Shown: positions 1 through 9,699 of the stretch, piece after piece
Numbering within the stretch: position 1 is the stretch's first letter
Layout of the letters: each line of letters opens with the position of its first letter
NCBI GenBank assembly: GCA_016234585.1
Contig: JACRBB010000027.1
Coordinates: 1 to 45,114, forward strand
DNA: 45,114 bases
Reading direction: 5' to 3'
Source: Candidatus Saccharimonadota bacterium
Lineage (GTDB): Bacteria; Patescibacteriota; Saccharimonadia; Saccharimonadales; UBA10212
Made by a program: the position numbers and the translations under genes
The notes under the pieces: model-generated
Database searches by the model: none
Seen by the model: only the letters and a program-made list of their open reading frames with translations
Told to the model about the DNA's origin: nothing

Positions 1-23
1 TGATACTTGTTACACTTTAATTA

Positions 24-2060
24 GTGACTGTTAACTCACCCGTAATCGAGCTTAAGGGGGCGGGTCCGGAGCTAGTTAAAAAACTGGCTATTCTTGGAGT
101 GCACAGCGTTGGTGACCTTATAACCTATTATCCGCGCCGCTACGAGGATTACTCGCATATAAGCACCGTTGATAAGCTACATCCAGGGGTAGTAACGGTT
201 GAGGCAAAGATTAGCCAAGTAATCGGGCGATATGTCCGGCGGGGCATGCATATCACTGAAGCCATGGCCAGCGATGAAACCGGCAGCGTCCGGTTGATAT
301 GGTTCAACCAGACATACCGCGCCGGGGCTATAAAGGCCGGGGTTACTTATTTTATCGGCGGAGAGTACGCTTTAAGGCGTAGCCGATTTAGTATCTTGAA
401 TCCCTCTATTGAGCTAGCCAGTGATTTTCCGGTCAATACGGCCCGCATAGTGCCGATTTATCGCGAAACCAAGGGGTTAAAATCCTCGGCTATCCGCAAA
501 CTGGTGCTACAGGCTATCAAGTCGGTTAAGAATCTTGATGAACACCTGCCAAAGTGGCTGACAGACAGACAGAAACTGGTGGTTTATGGCCAGGCAGTCA
601 CCGAAATGCATTTTCCATCATCCGCTTCAGAGTTGAATAAGGCCAAACGCCGTCTAGGTTTTGAAGAAATATTCGAACTGACTCTGGCAGCCCTGCTCAA
701 CAAGTACGAATTTGCTAAAGGCAAAGCCCTGGCAATTCCCTTCAAACAAAAACTGGCTAAAGACTTCGTGGGTAGTTTGCCTTTTAAGCTGACCAACGCC
801 CAGCGCAAGGTGATATGGCGGATTTACCAGGACTTGGAAAAAACTCAGCCGATGAACAGATTGATTGAGGGTGATGTAGGCTCAGGAAAAACGATGGTGG
901 CTGCCATGGCGGCGCTGATGGCTATCGAGCAGGGTTTCCAGGTAGCGTTGATGGCGCCGACCGAGATTTTGGCCCGGCAACATGCCGATACGATATATAA
1001 GCTGATGAACAGTATTGGCCAGGGCGACAAGGTCAGTTTGCTGATTGGCGGGCTGACGCCTAAACAAAAAGCAAATGCTCACAAACGTATCAAAAACGGC
1101 GACATTAAGTTCATGGTCGGCACACACGCCTTAATAAGTGAAAAAGTTGATATGCATAAACTTGGCTTGGTAATTATCGATGAGCAACACCGCTTCGGCG
1201 TCGAGCAACGCAAAAAACTGCAAGCCAAGGCCGGCCACATGCCGCACGTGCTGCATATGAGCGCCACGCCGATTCCGCGCAGCCTAGCGCTTACTTTATA
1301 CGGCGAGCTAGATATCTCGGTATTAGATGAGCTGCCGCCGGGCCGCCAAACAATCATCACCAAAGTCGCTTCACCGAATTCACGTAAAACCTTATATGCC
1401 GGTATTGATAAGCAACTACAAGCAGGACAGCAGATGTTCGTGGTCTGCCCGTTGATACTAGACACTGAAACCAGTGGCGGAGTATCCGTAGAAGAAGTTT
1501 ACGAACAACTGGCCAAGCATGATTTTAAACACCGTAAAGTGGGTTTGTTACACGGCAAGATGAAGTCGGCCGAAAAAGACACCGTGATGAAAAAGTTTGT
1601 GGCGCATGAGTACGATATCTTAGTCAGTACCACGGTGATTGAGGTTGGCGTGGATGTACCAAACGCTACCATAATGCTTCTCGAGGGAGCGGAAAGTTTC
1701 GGATTAGCCCAAGTCCATCAATTACGCGGACGGGTGGGGCGCGGTGAGCACCAAAGCTATTGCTACCTGATGCCCAGTGACAGCCGAGCACCCAGCCAAC
1801 GCCTAAGAGCTTTAGAAACCATCAGTGACGGCTTTAAGTTGGCAGAACTAGACTTGCAGCTACGCGGCCCGGGGGCCATATATGGCTCTATGCAGCATGG
1901 TGCCCTAGACCTACGGGTCGCAGAGCTTACGGATATAAAGCTTATCGCCGCTGCCAGGAATGCCGCCCAAGACTTCATAGACCGCAAAGAAAGTCTAAAA
2001 AAATATCCGCATCTTGACCTTAGGGTTTCAACCCTCCGGGCCGTCACCAACTTGAATTAA
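24..2060 (+). CDS. recG: ATP-dependent DNA helicase RecG
   Basis: N-terminal wedge/OB region (PRRYED), GDVGSGKT Walker A, DEQHRFG, SATPIPR, HQLRGRVGRG, DLQLRGPG. Confidence 0.97.
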   Translation: MTVNSPVIELKGAGPELVKKLAILGVHSVGDLITYYPRRYEDYSHISTVDKLHPGVVTVEAKISQVIGRYVRRGMHITEAMASDETGSVRLIWFNQTYRAGAIKAGVTYFIGGEYALRRSRFSILNPSIELASDFPVNTARIVPIYRETKGLKSSAIRKLVLQAIKSVKNLDEHLPKWLTDRQKLVVYGQAVTEMHFPSSASELNKAKRRLGFEEIFELTLAALLNKYEFAKGKALAIPFKQKLAKDFVGSLPFKLTNAQRKVIWRIYQDLEKTQPMNRLIEGDVGSGKTMVAAMAALMAIEQGFQVALMAPTEILARQHADTIYKLMNSIGQGDKVSLLIGGLTPKQKANAHKRIKNGDIKFMVGTHALISEKVDMHKLGLVIIDEQHRFGVEQRKKLQAKAGHMPHVLHMSATPIPRSLALTLYGELDISVLDELPPGRQTIITKVASPNSRKTLYAGIDKQLQAGQQMFVVCPLILDTETSGGVSVEEVYEQLAKHDFKHRKVGLLHGKMKSAEKDTVMKKFVAHEYDILVSTTVIEVGVDVPNATIMLLEGAESFGLAQVHQLRGRVGRGEHQSYCYLMPSDSRAPSQRLRALETISDGFKLAELDLQLRGPGAIYGSMQHGALDLRVAELTDIKLIAAARNAAQDFIDRKESLKKYPHLDLRVSTLRAVTNLN

Positions 2061-2100
2061 CCCAATAGTTTATAGTTAATAGAAGACAGGAGGCCAGATT

Positions 2101-2634
2101 ATGAGAATTATTGCCGGTGCGTTTAAGGGTCGGATATTCCATGACCCGCCGGGGCACCATTCGCATCCTATGAGCGATAAAGTCCGCGGCGCATTATTTA
2201 ATATGCTGGGTGACATAGAAGGTTTGACTGTTTTGGATGCCATGGCTGGCAGCGGCGCGCTTAGTTTTGAGGCTGTAAGTCGTGGCGCGAAAAGCGCGAT
2301 AGCCATCGAACAAAAACGCGGTTCGCACAAAGCGATCACAGACAGTATTAAAGAGTTAAAACTAGGTGGCCAAGTTAAAGCTATTAACGCCGATGCCGGC
2401 AGCTGGAGCTCACATAATCAGACCAAACAGTTTGACGTCTTACTGCTGGACCCGCCGTATCAGGACTTGCAGATTAATCTTCTAAGCAAGCTTACCAAGC
2501 ATGCCAAAGCGGGCGGTTTGGTGGTGGTGTCTTGGCCCGGCCATGAGTTGCCACCGGCTTTTGACACCTGCTCGATTATCAGTGATAAAAAATACGGTGA
2601 CTCCCAGTTGGTGTTTTACCGTAAAAACAAGTAA
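2101..2634 (+). CDS. rsmD: 16S rRNA m2G966 methyltransferase RsmD family
   Basis: MRIIAG start, LDAMAGSGAL SAM motif, DPPY, KKYGDS; SD AGGAGG upstream; typical neighbour of recG. Confidence 0.9.
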   Translation: MRIIAGAFKGRIFHDPPGHHSHPMSDKVRGALFNMLGDIEGLTVLDAMAGSGALSFEAVSRGAKSAIAIEQKRGSHKAITDSIKELKLGGQVKAINADAGSWSSHNQTKQFDVLLLDPPYQDLQINLLSKLTKHAKAGGLVVVSWPGHELPPAFDTCSIISDKKYGDSQLVFYRKNK

Positions 2635-2661
2635 AATTACTCTGTTAGCTTATCCTGACGC

Positions 2662-2746
2662 GGGGATGTGGTGAAATTGGTATACACGCTAGTTTTAGGA
2701 ACTAGTGCCGAAAGGCGTGAAGGTTCAAGTCCTTTCATCCCCACCA
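2662..2746 (+). tRNA. tRNA-Leu(TAG)
   Basis: GGGGATG/CATCCCC acceptor stem, CTAGT-TTTAGGA-ACTAG anticodon arm, long variable arm, GTTCAAGT T-loop, encoded CCA. Confidence 0.95.
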
Positions 2747-2821
2747 AAAAGATGACTCCCAAAGAGCATTTTTCTTTAGCTCCAGCGAACTTATTTTATT
2801 GATTGGCTGTATATTGTATTC

Positions 2822-3337
2822 ATGAAACACAAAAAAATTAAATTGATAGTTCTTTGTGTCATGTTGTTTGTAGCAGGTTACATTGCATGGAATGTCATAT
2901 TTTTCGGGCAAATCAGTCCTGCCAAAGCCTCAAAACTATGTGATCAGTTTGCCCAAGAAGTTAAAGCAAATATTATGGCTGTTCCTGGTTATACGGTTGC
3001 CAATATGGATACATCCTGTAGCCCACAATCGGATGAAGCAGGGAGTACCGACTATACTCCTTCAGTAACTGCTCGTCTTTCTGTCGACAACATCGACACA
3101 TCGGACAAAATGAAGAGCAGCCTTAATAACTTGGCAGACAAACTACCGACAAAGCAGTACGGTGTTTTTATTGATAATATTCCTGCTATCGAAGGTAAAT
3201 CGGCAGCAATTTGCGTAAGCGCAAGCAAGTACATTGACAATGATGGCAAAGATTACCCGCAGGGCGATGGCGGAAATCATCCTCGTTACACGGAGCCTGG
3301 GTCGATAGCTGATTTTTCTCCCTGTGAAGGTGTCTAA
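2822..3337 (+). CDS. Hypothetical exported or membrane-anchored protein
   Basis: 171-aa ORF; basic N-terminus followed by a hydrophobic helix; 4 Cys in the predicted mature part; more AT-rich than neighbours by eye. Confidence 0.75.
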   Translation: MKHKKIKLIVLCVMLFVAGYIAWNVIFFGQISPAKASKLCDQFAQEVKANIMAVPGYTVANMDTSCSPQSDEAGSTDYTPSVTARLSVDNIDTSDKMKSSLNNLADKLPTKQYGVFIDNIPAIEGKSAAICVSASKYIDNDGKDYPQGDGGNHPRYTEPGSIADFSPCEGV

Positions 3338-3457
3338 TCACCCACAGTATAATCAGAGTTTTTGTGCCTCAAACCGCGCCTCTGGCTAGTTACTGTTAGT
3401 TTAAAAAAGCGTTTAACTTCTAATATGAAAATGCCGTAAATTTATTAAATTTTTACG

Positions 3458-3486
3458 TTGCATAAGCAATTTGGCGGGTTTATAAT
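3458..3486 (+). promoter_or_regulatory. sigma70-type promoter upstream of the dinB unit
   Basis: TTGCAT(3458-63)-17 bp-TATAAT(3481-86). Confidence 0.7.
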
Positions 3487-3492
3487 AATTGG

Positions 3493-3635
3493 TAGCCATG
3501 TATGGGCTTCCCGATAAACCGGGATTCCTCCGTACAGACTTATAAAACACTTGGGCGGTATACATTGGTCAATGCCGATCCCCCATCAGTTTCGTTTAGT
3601 AAACGGTACAAATTTAGAAACGGTAATTTGTACTT
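3493..3635 (+). ncRNA. Candidate structured RNA or 5' leader (three hairpins)
   Basis: TGTATGGG/TCCGTACA enclosing TCCCG/CGGGA; TGGG-CGGTAT/ATGCCG-CCCA; GTACAAATT/AATTTGTAC; begins just after a strong promoter. Confidence 0.4.
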
Positions 3636-3733
3636 ATCCTAAAGAAACTTCTCCTATAAAAAAAGCCGTTTGCTGACAATCCTAACAGTTGTGCAGCCCT
3701 CTTTTTATTACTCTAAGCTTCAGGAGAAGAACA

Positions 3734-4042
3734 ATGGAAAACGTAGTACAAATTAACAAGACCGTAAGTGTAGTGGCTTTTTACTTCAGGAATGCCGGTC
3801 AGCGTCTGAAGTGCTTCCCAAAGCGCATGGAGTTTGGCGGCCGAAGCATAAACTTTACCGAAACTGGTATGTTGCACCCAGTCCGAAAAGGCTCGCGCAT
3901 GATCCACGTGTTTGATATGACCGATGGTACCGCCGACTACCGTCTAGAGTTTGACGCCGAAACTCTGGACTGGGTGTTGGTATACATAGCCGACATGCAA
4001 GCCAAGGCCCAGCCGGGATTAGGCAGTGCAGTCTACGCCTAA
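3734..4042 (+). CDS. Small DinB-associated protein (resembles DUF6504/ImuB C-terminal-like beta domain)
   Basis: SD AGGAG 3722-26 then ATG 3734; pattern P..MEFGGR...F.MTDG...YRLEFD....W.L; overlaps the dinB start. Confidence 0.65.
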   Translation: MENVVQINKTVSVVAFYFRNAGQRLKCFPKRMEFGGRSINFTETGMLHPVRKGSRMIHVFDMTDGTADYRLEFDAETLDWVLVYIADMQAKAQPGLGSAVYA

Positions 4043-5282
4043 CCCCGAAACTCCACAGGTAATGCATATCGACCTGAACAGCTGTTTTGCCACCGTGGAG
4101 CAGCAAGCCAGGCCGCTACTGCGGGGCCGCCCGGTGGCTGTTACCAATCGCCTCACTAAAAATGCCTGCGTTATCGCCGCCAGCTATGAAGCCAAGGCCC
4201 TCGGTGTAAAAGTTGGCATGGGACTTATGGACGCCCGTATTTTAGCGCCAGGAATAGTAACTCTAGAGACCGACCCGCCTAAATATCACTATGCTTATAC
4301 AAAACTGGTTAATATTATGAAAAGCTACTCGCCTAATGTAACCATGAAAAGCATAGATGAGGGCGTAATTGATTTTCATGGCACCCGGCAGGCAGTAAAT
4401 GCCCGCCCGCTAACGGATGTCGGTCATGAAATAAAGCGGCGCTTGAAGGAAGATGTTGGCTGCTGGATGCGCTGCAACATCGGCATCGCGCCTAACCGCT
4501 TTTTGGCTAAAACCGCCGCGGGCTTACATAAACCCGACGGCTTGGACGTAATCGAGCATAAAAACCTGCGCAGAGTCATGGCGGAGCTTAAACTGACCGA
4601 CTTAACCGGCATCGCTGATAAAAACGAGGCCCGCCTTAACGCCCACGGTATAATGACTCCGCTGCAGTTTTTGGACGCGCCGTCAGAGCTGCTGAAAAGA
4701 CATGTTTTTAAGAGCGTTTGTGGTGAAGACTGGCACCAGCGGCTGCGCGGTTGGGAAGTAGATGACCACGAATGGTCCACCAAAACGATCGGCCGGCAGT
4801 TCGTGATGGATGACTACCAAGCCAGTGAAGAAAAGGTACGCAGCCGCCTGGCCCACTTATGCGAAAGCACCGGCCTGAAAATGCGTTATAAGGGTTTATG
4901 CGCCAGAGGTATGAACGTTTATATCCGATATAAAAGTGGCGACTACTGGCATAGCCGCAAAGCCTTTAAAAGCAGCTTTTTTACCGACGCCGAAATTTAT
5001 CGTCGGGCCACGCTACTTTTTAATAAACACCCCAATCTGGACTACGTGGTAGAGATGGGCGTGAGCTGTTATCTGCTGGAAACCTCCAACATGAACCAGG
5101 TAAGTATCTTAGAAGAGGTTAATAAAGAGATTTGGCTGACTGAAGCGGTAGACGAAGTTAACCGCCGATTCGGAAACCATACTATTACCTTCGCCATCAG
5201 TGCTGATAGTAAAACCAAAATCAAACAAAAAATACCCTTTGGCAGCACTCGTTATTTTGAACTGCTATGCCAACAGGCTTAG
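4026..5282 (+). CDS. dinB: Y-family DNA polymerase (DinB/Pol IV-UmuC family)
   Basis: HIDLNSCFA, ASYEAKALGV, SIDE catalytic motif, LAKTA, little-finger domain, C-terminal AVDEVNRRFG; alternative start ATG 4062. Confidence 0.92.
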   Translation: MQSTPNPETPQVMHIDLNSCFATVEQQARPLLRGRPVAVTNRLTKNACVIAASYEAKALGVKVGMGLMDARILAPGIVTLETDPPKYHYAYTKLVNIMKSYSPNVTMKSIDEGVIDFHGTRQAVNARPLTDVGHEIKRRLKEDVGCWMRCNIGIAPNRFLAKTAAGLHKPDGLDVIEHKNLRRVMAELKLTDLTGIADKNEARLNAHGIMTPLQFLDAPSELLKRHVFKSVCGEDWHQRLRGWEVDDHEWSTKTIGRQFVMDDYQASEEKVRSRLAHLCESTGLKMRYKGLCARGMNVYIRYKSGDYWHSRKAFKSSFFTDAEIYRRATLLFNKHPNLDYVVEMGVSCYLLETSNMNQVSILEEVNKEIWLTEAVDEVNRRFGNHTITFAISADSKTKIKQKIPFGSTRYFELLCQQA

Positions 5283-6025
5283 GCTTTAGAGGAGGAGGTG
5301 GTGGTGGATGGGGAACGTCTTTTGTTGAGTTCTCGGTACCGCAAAGCCGGCGCCACAGAGTAAGCCACGGCCAGCAAGAAACTAGTTATGGCTCCTACAA
5401 GGGGTATGGCTCCGGTCAAACTCCATAAAATACCAACTAAGATCACTGAATATATTGGCCAAGCATAACCTTTGGTCATTTCCCAACTTTGCACAAGAGC
5501 TTCGCTGACAGGTGTATCCCTATCAACCAAAATGTATGGCGCTAAAAACCACCGCCCAAGCAGGATAATACCCGGCACTATCAGTAGGATAAAACCAAAT
5601 AAGATACCAACACCCATCATTATCTCGAGTCCCACTAACCGGGCGCCCTTCTTTTTAAATTCTTCCCATAGATTGCCGAAACTGGGTTTATGACCTTGGG
5701 CTACCCGAAGCACCAGGATGATTTGTAAAAGCCCGAAAAATACAGCTAAAAGACCCGGTAGAAGAGCTAGACCAAGCCCGATACCCGTCGGGGAAGTAAA
5801 ATGTAGGCCGGTAAAAGACGAGAAAAACCCATAGTAGGCGTTTGTGCCGCTCTCTTGCAGATTATTGCTTTCTGATAGCCGACTCAAAAAGTTCCAAAGG
5901 GCGAACAGCGCGGATATGGAATAGACGAATATAAAGATAGTCAGATTCTCTTTGACCAGCGCGTAGCTTTTACTAAATAGGCTAAAGGCGCTTTCGGTAT
6001 GGACTAAATGTTTGGGTTCTGACAT
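5279..6025 (-). CDS. Integral membrane protein (conserved multi-TM hypothetical)
   Basis: About 5 hydrophobic segments, LLIVPGI and ALxxSWEMTKG motifs; SD AAGGA upstream; stop overlaps the dinB stop. Confidence 0.8.
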   Translation of the reverse strand: MSEPKHLVHTESAFSLFSKSYALVKENLTIFIFVYSISALFALWNFLSRLSESNNLQESGTNAYYGFFSSFTGLHFTSPTGIGLGLALLPGLLAVFFGLLQIILVLRVAQGHKPSFGNLWEEFKKKGARLVGLEIMMGVGILFGFILLIVPGIILLGRWFLAPYILVDRDTPVSEALVQSWEMTKGYAWPIYSVILVGILWSLTGAIPLVGAITSFLLAVAYSVAPALRYRELNKRRSPSTTTSSSKA

Positions 6026-6169
6026 TTTTTATCCTTAAGTTACTGATTAAACTATGGCATGGTTATGGCCTCTGTGGCAAGCCCGTTATCACGCCATGTG
6101 TGATGATATCCGGACAACCATACTGCTCTAGGTGCTGGGCAAGGGCTGCATTATAATAATGCTCAAGTT

Positions 6170-7489
6170 ATGAGTCTATCTACCCAGCCCTATAAAGGCG
6201 CCCGCGATTTTTACCCTGAGGACAAACGGATTCAGAAGTATATGTTCGGGGTGCTGCGAAAAACGGTGGAAAGTTTTGGCTATCAGGAGTACGATGCCCC
6301 GATTATCGAACCGCTTGAGCTGTATCTGGCCAAGACCAGCGAGGAGATCGTAGCCGAGCAAACCTATAGTTTTACGGATCGTGGTGGACGCAATGTGACG
6401 CTTAGACCAGAGATGACGCCATCGGTCAGCCGGATGGTCGCTGCCAGGCGCCAGGAACTGGCTTACCCTCTGCGCCTCTATAGTATCCCTAATCTGTGGC
6501 GTTATGAGCGGCCACAACACGGACGGTTACGCGAGCATTGGCAGCTTAACGTCGATATATTTGGCGTTCCCAGTATCGCCGCCGACCATGAAGTGATTCT
6601 GATGGCCGACTCCATTTTGCGCGCCTTCGGAGCCAAAAAGGCGGCTTATGAAATCCGTATCAGCAGCCGGGCCTTGATGAACTGGCTAATGCTGGAATAT
6701 TTACGCTTGGATTATAACCAAGCAACGTCGTTTATGCGATTAATCGACAGAATGGCTAAAATTAGCCAAAAAGAATTTGTAGCGCTGGCTGAAGCTCTGC
6801 TTAGTCCCGCTCAGCGGGAAACCGACGTGCTGCAACGGCTGATGGCACTGCTAAAAGTCAAGCGCCTGGTGGAGTTACCATTAGTTACACAGCAACATCC
6901 GGCGGTTGCCGAGCTGGCTAAGTTACTTGAGATGTTGCATGAAAATGGAGTGACTAACGCTGTGTTTGACCTGACTTTGATGCGCGGTTTTGATTACTAC
7001 ACCAACATTGTTTTTGAAGTTTTTGATAACCACCCCGATAATAATCGTTCGATGTTCGGGGGTGGCCGTTACGACGGTCTGGTGGCCGAGTTTGGGGTCA
7101 AGCCAGTACCGACGGTCGGGTTTGGCATGGGCGATGTTACGCTGCAAAACTTTCTGGCCGGCCATGGGCTTCTGCCAGCTTTGGCTCCAGAAACCGATGC
7201 TATTGTCGTTTTGATTGGCAATATTTATGAAGCGGCTCAAAAGTCTTTAGCGACTTTAAGAAACGAAGGGTTGAGAATAGCTGTCGATAGCAGTGGCCGC
7301 AAGCTGGACGCCCAGATAAAAGCCGCCGCAAAGTCCGGTGCGCCCTATGTGATTTTCCTAGGTGAGCATGAGCTTGCCACCCAGAGATTCAAGCTAAAAG
7401 ACCTTAGATTAGGCGAAGAAAAAGAACTAAGCTTGGAACGCTTGGTCAGCAAGTTGGCTGCCCGCCATCGTCCCGCATCAGATTTATAA
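6170..7489 (+). CDS. hisS: Histidyl-tRNA synthetase
   Basis: KGARDF, LRPEMT, WRYERPQHGRLREH, RGFDYY, GGGRYDGL. Confidence 0.97.
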   Translation: MSLSTQPYKGARDFYPEDKRIQKYMFGVLRKTVESFGYQEYDAPIIEPLELYLAKTSEEIVAEQTYSFTDRGGRNVTLRPEMTPSVSRMVAARRQELAYPLRLYSIPNLWRYERPQHGRLREHWQLNVDIFGVPSIAADHEVILMADSILRAFGAKKAAYEIRISSRALMNWLMLEYLRLDYNQATSFMRLIDRMAKISQKEFVALAEALLSPAQRETDVLQRLMALLKVKRLVELPLVTQQHPAVAELAKLLEMLHENGVTNAVFDLTLMRGFDYYTNIVFEVFDNHPDNNRSMFGGGRYDGLVAEFGVKPVPTVGFGMGDVTLQNFLAGHGLLPALAPETDAIVVLIGNIYEAAQKSLATLRNEGLRIAVDSSGRKLDAQIKAAAKSGAPYVIFLGEHELATQRFKLKDLRLGEEKELSLERLVSKLAARHRPASDL

Positions 7490-7543
7490 GATATCAAAAA
7501 GATGCTCGCAATACTTTAGCCGTCCGGTTATAATCAGCACTCG

Positions 7544-8821
7544 ATGCAAGTTACTAAAACCGTTAAAAGCCCAACCGAGCTGACACTTCATGTTAGTGCT
7601 GGTGCCGCGGAACTAGAACCAATTAAGCAGCACGTGCTAGGACATTTTGTCAAAACTGTTAAAGTTCCCGGTTTTAGAGCCGGTAAAGCGCCGATGAATA
7701 TGGTTGAAAAGCACGTTAGCCAACAAGCCATGCTGGATGAGTTCATGGATCACGCTCTAAACGAACTTTATGGGCGGGCTTTGGACGAACAAAAACTGCA
7801 CCCGGTGGCCCAGCCCAAGGTAGAGCTTAAAAAGTTCGTACCCTATACCAACCTGGAATTTGAAGTCCAAATAGAAACCATCGGCGAAGTAAAATTACCT
7901 GATTATAAAAAGATCAAGCTAACCAAAACCCCGGTAAGTGTATCGGCTAAAGACGTAAATGATGTTGTTGAGTCGCTTAAAAAACGAGCGGCCGAGCGTA
8001 AACCAACTGAGCGGGCCGCCAAAACCGGTGACGAAGTTATGATTGACTTTTCCGGGCGAGACGACAAAGACCAGCCGGTCAGTGGTTCCGAGGGTAAAGA
8101 TTATCCACTAGTTCTGGGTAGTAACGCCTTCATACCAGGCTTTGAGGATCACCTTTTAGGCGCAAAAGCCGGTGACAACAAAGAGTTTGGCATTACCTTT
8201 CCTAAAGATTATGGCGCAAAGGCTTTGCAGGGTAAGAAAGTCACCTTTAGCGTTGACGTTAAAAAAGTCAGCGAAATCGTCGAGCCAACCGTTGATGATA
8301 AATTTGCTGGTAAAGTTGGGCCATTTAAAACGGTCGCTGAGCTTAAAGGTGATATCAAAAAACAGCTTGGCGTCGAAAAACGGACGCAGGCTGACCGGGA
8401 CTACGAAAATGAACTGGTTAAAAAGATTGCCGACGGCTCCAGCGTCCAAATTCCAGAAGTTTTGATTGAACAGCAGATAACTAGTCTGGAAGAAGATGAA
8501 AAGCGGAACTTAGCTTACCGCGGCCAGACATGGCAAGAACATTTGAAGGAGGAGGGTATTACCGAGGCCGAACATCGTAGTCGCCATCGTGATGAGGCCA
8601 AACAGCGTGTCAAGGCCGGTTTAGTGCTAAGCAAGATATCAGAGATTGAAAAAATCGATGTTACTCCGGAAGAAGTCGAAATTCGCCTGCAACAGCTAAA
8701 AACCCAGTATCAGGATCCGGCTATGCTTGAGGAGCTAAGCAATCCCGAGAACCGCCGCAATATCGCCGCCCGCCTGTTAACCGAGAAAACCATCAAAAAA
8801 TTGGTTGAATATTGCTCTTAA
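7544..8821 (+). CDS. tig: Trigger factor
   Basis: PGFRAGKAP ribosome-binding motif, FKBP domain (FIPGFE, FPKDY). Confidence 0.96.
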   Translation: MQVTKTVKSPTELTLHVSAGAAELEPIKQHVLGHFVKTVKVPGFRAGKAPMNMVEKHVSQQAMLDEFMDHALNELYGRALDEQKLHPVAQPKVELKKFVPYTNLEFEVQIETIGEVKLPDYKKIKLTKTPVSVSAKDVNDVVESLKKRAAERKPTERAAKTGDEVMIDFSGRDDKDQPVSGSEGKDYPLVLGSNAFIPGFEDHLLGAKAGDNKEFGITFPKDYGAKALQGKKVTFSVDVKKVSEIVEPTVDDKFAGKVGPFKTVAELKGDIKKQLGVEKRTQADRDYENELVKKIADGSSVQIPEVLIEQQITSLEEDEKRNLAYRGQTWQEHLKEEGITEAEHRSRHRDEAKQRVKAGLVLSKISEIEKIDVTPEEVEIRLQQLKTQYQDPAMLEELSNPENRRNIAARLLTEKTIKKLVEYCS

Positions 8822-8833
8822 AGCGACTATAAA

Positions 8834-8860
8834 TTAGCACTCTTGACTTGAGAGTGCCAA
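8834..8860 (+). promoter_or_regulatory. CIRCE element (HrcA operator) overlapping the clpP promoter
   Basis: TTAGCACTC-N9-GAGTGCCAA, one mismatch to consensus; spacer contains -35 TTGACT; -10 TATCAT at 8867-72. Confidence 0.9.
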
Positions 8861-8882
8861 CATATGTATCATGTACGTACAT

Positions 8883-9482
8883 ATGAATAAGCCAACAAAC
8901 CAAATTCTAGTCCCCACAGTTATTGAGCAGGAGGGCCGCATGGAGCGGGCCTATGATATATACAGCCGTCTGTTACGTGACCGCATAATCTTCTTAGGCG
9001 GTGAGGTCAGCGAGCACTCTGCCAATCTTATAATCGCCCAGATGCTATTTTTGGAAAATCAGGATTCAAACAAAGATATTATCTTTTATATAAACAGCCC
9101 CGGCGGGAGTGCCTATGACGCGCTGGCTATTTACGACACTATGCAGTACGTAAAAAGCGACGTCCAAACCGTGGGCATTGGCGTGCAGGCCAGCGCCGCG
9201 GCCTTTTTGCTGAGCTCCGGCGCTAAGGGTAAACGACTGTTGCTGCCCAACTCGACGGTCATGATTCACCAGCCGTCGGCCGGTACCCGTGGTAAGGTCA
9301 CAGATATGGAGATAGATCTGAAGGAAGGTTTGCGTTTAAAGAAGCTACTCAACGAAATTATGGCCAAGAACACCGGCCAAAAACTATCCAAGATTGAATC
9401 TGACGTGGAACGAGATTTTTGGCTGAGCGCCAACGAGGCCAAGGCCTACGGCCTAATCGATAAGGTTATCGTTAAGCGGTAG
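8883..9482 (+). CDS. clpP: ATP-dependent Clp protease proteolytic subunit
   Basis: [24 protein letters not shown] (catalytic Ser), MIHQP, ERD; start placed at ATG 8883. Confidence 0.97.
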   Translation: MNKPTNQILVPTVIEQEGRMERAYDIYSRLLRDRIIFLGGEVSEHSANLIIAQMLFLENQDSNKDIIFYINSPGGSAYDALAIYDTMQYVKSDVQTVGIGVQASAAAFLLSSGAKGKRLLLPNSTVMIHQPSAGTRGKVTDMEIDLKEGLRLKKLLNEIMAKNTGQKLSKIESDVERDFWLSANEAKAYGLIDKVIVKR

Positions 9483-9537
9483 AACCCGGCGTTTTTTTGC
9501 AGCAAGCAAATATTACAACATTTATTCCCAGAACCTA

Positions 9538-9567
9538 TTGACAGTTGTATAAGGTGTTTGACACAAT
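9538..9567 (+). promoter_or_regulatory. rpoBC promoter
   Basis: TTGACA-18 bp-TGn-CACAAT; followed by leader hairpin ATGTGGTT/AGCCACAT (9601-9626). Confidence 0.6.
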
Positions 9568-9699
9568 AGTATTCAAGAAGTAGTGTACTTTGGCGTTTTT
9601 ATGTGGTTAATACTTGGGAGCCACATGCCGAACGTAGTGGGCTTCGCTAAATTATAAAGCGGAAACTAAATTATAGAAGCATAGGGAGCATTGCTGTTA

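Noticed and set aside
3575..3590. GATCCCCCATCA as an att duplicate of the tRNA-Leu 3' end
   Set aside because: Short, with several mismatches and no integrase; it is also part of a predicted hairpin
3493..3640. Hammerhead ribozyme or tmRNA on the minus strand (CGAAACTGATGG, GGGGGATCGG...TTGAC)
   Set aside because: Core elements are in the wrong order or incomplete; no T-arm/CCA end or tag frame seen
7534..7560. Second CIRCE before tig (TCAGCACTC)
   Set aside because: Only a half site; no matching right arm after 9 nt
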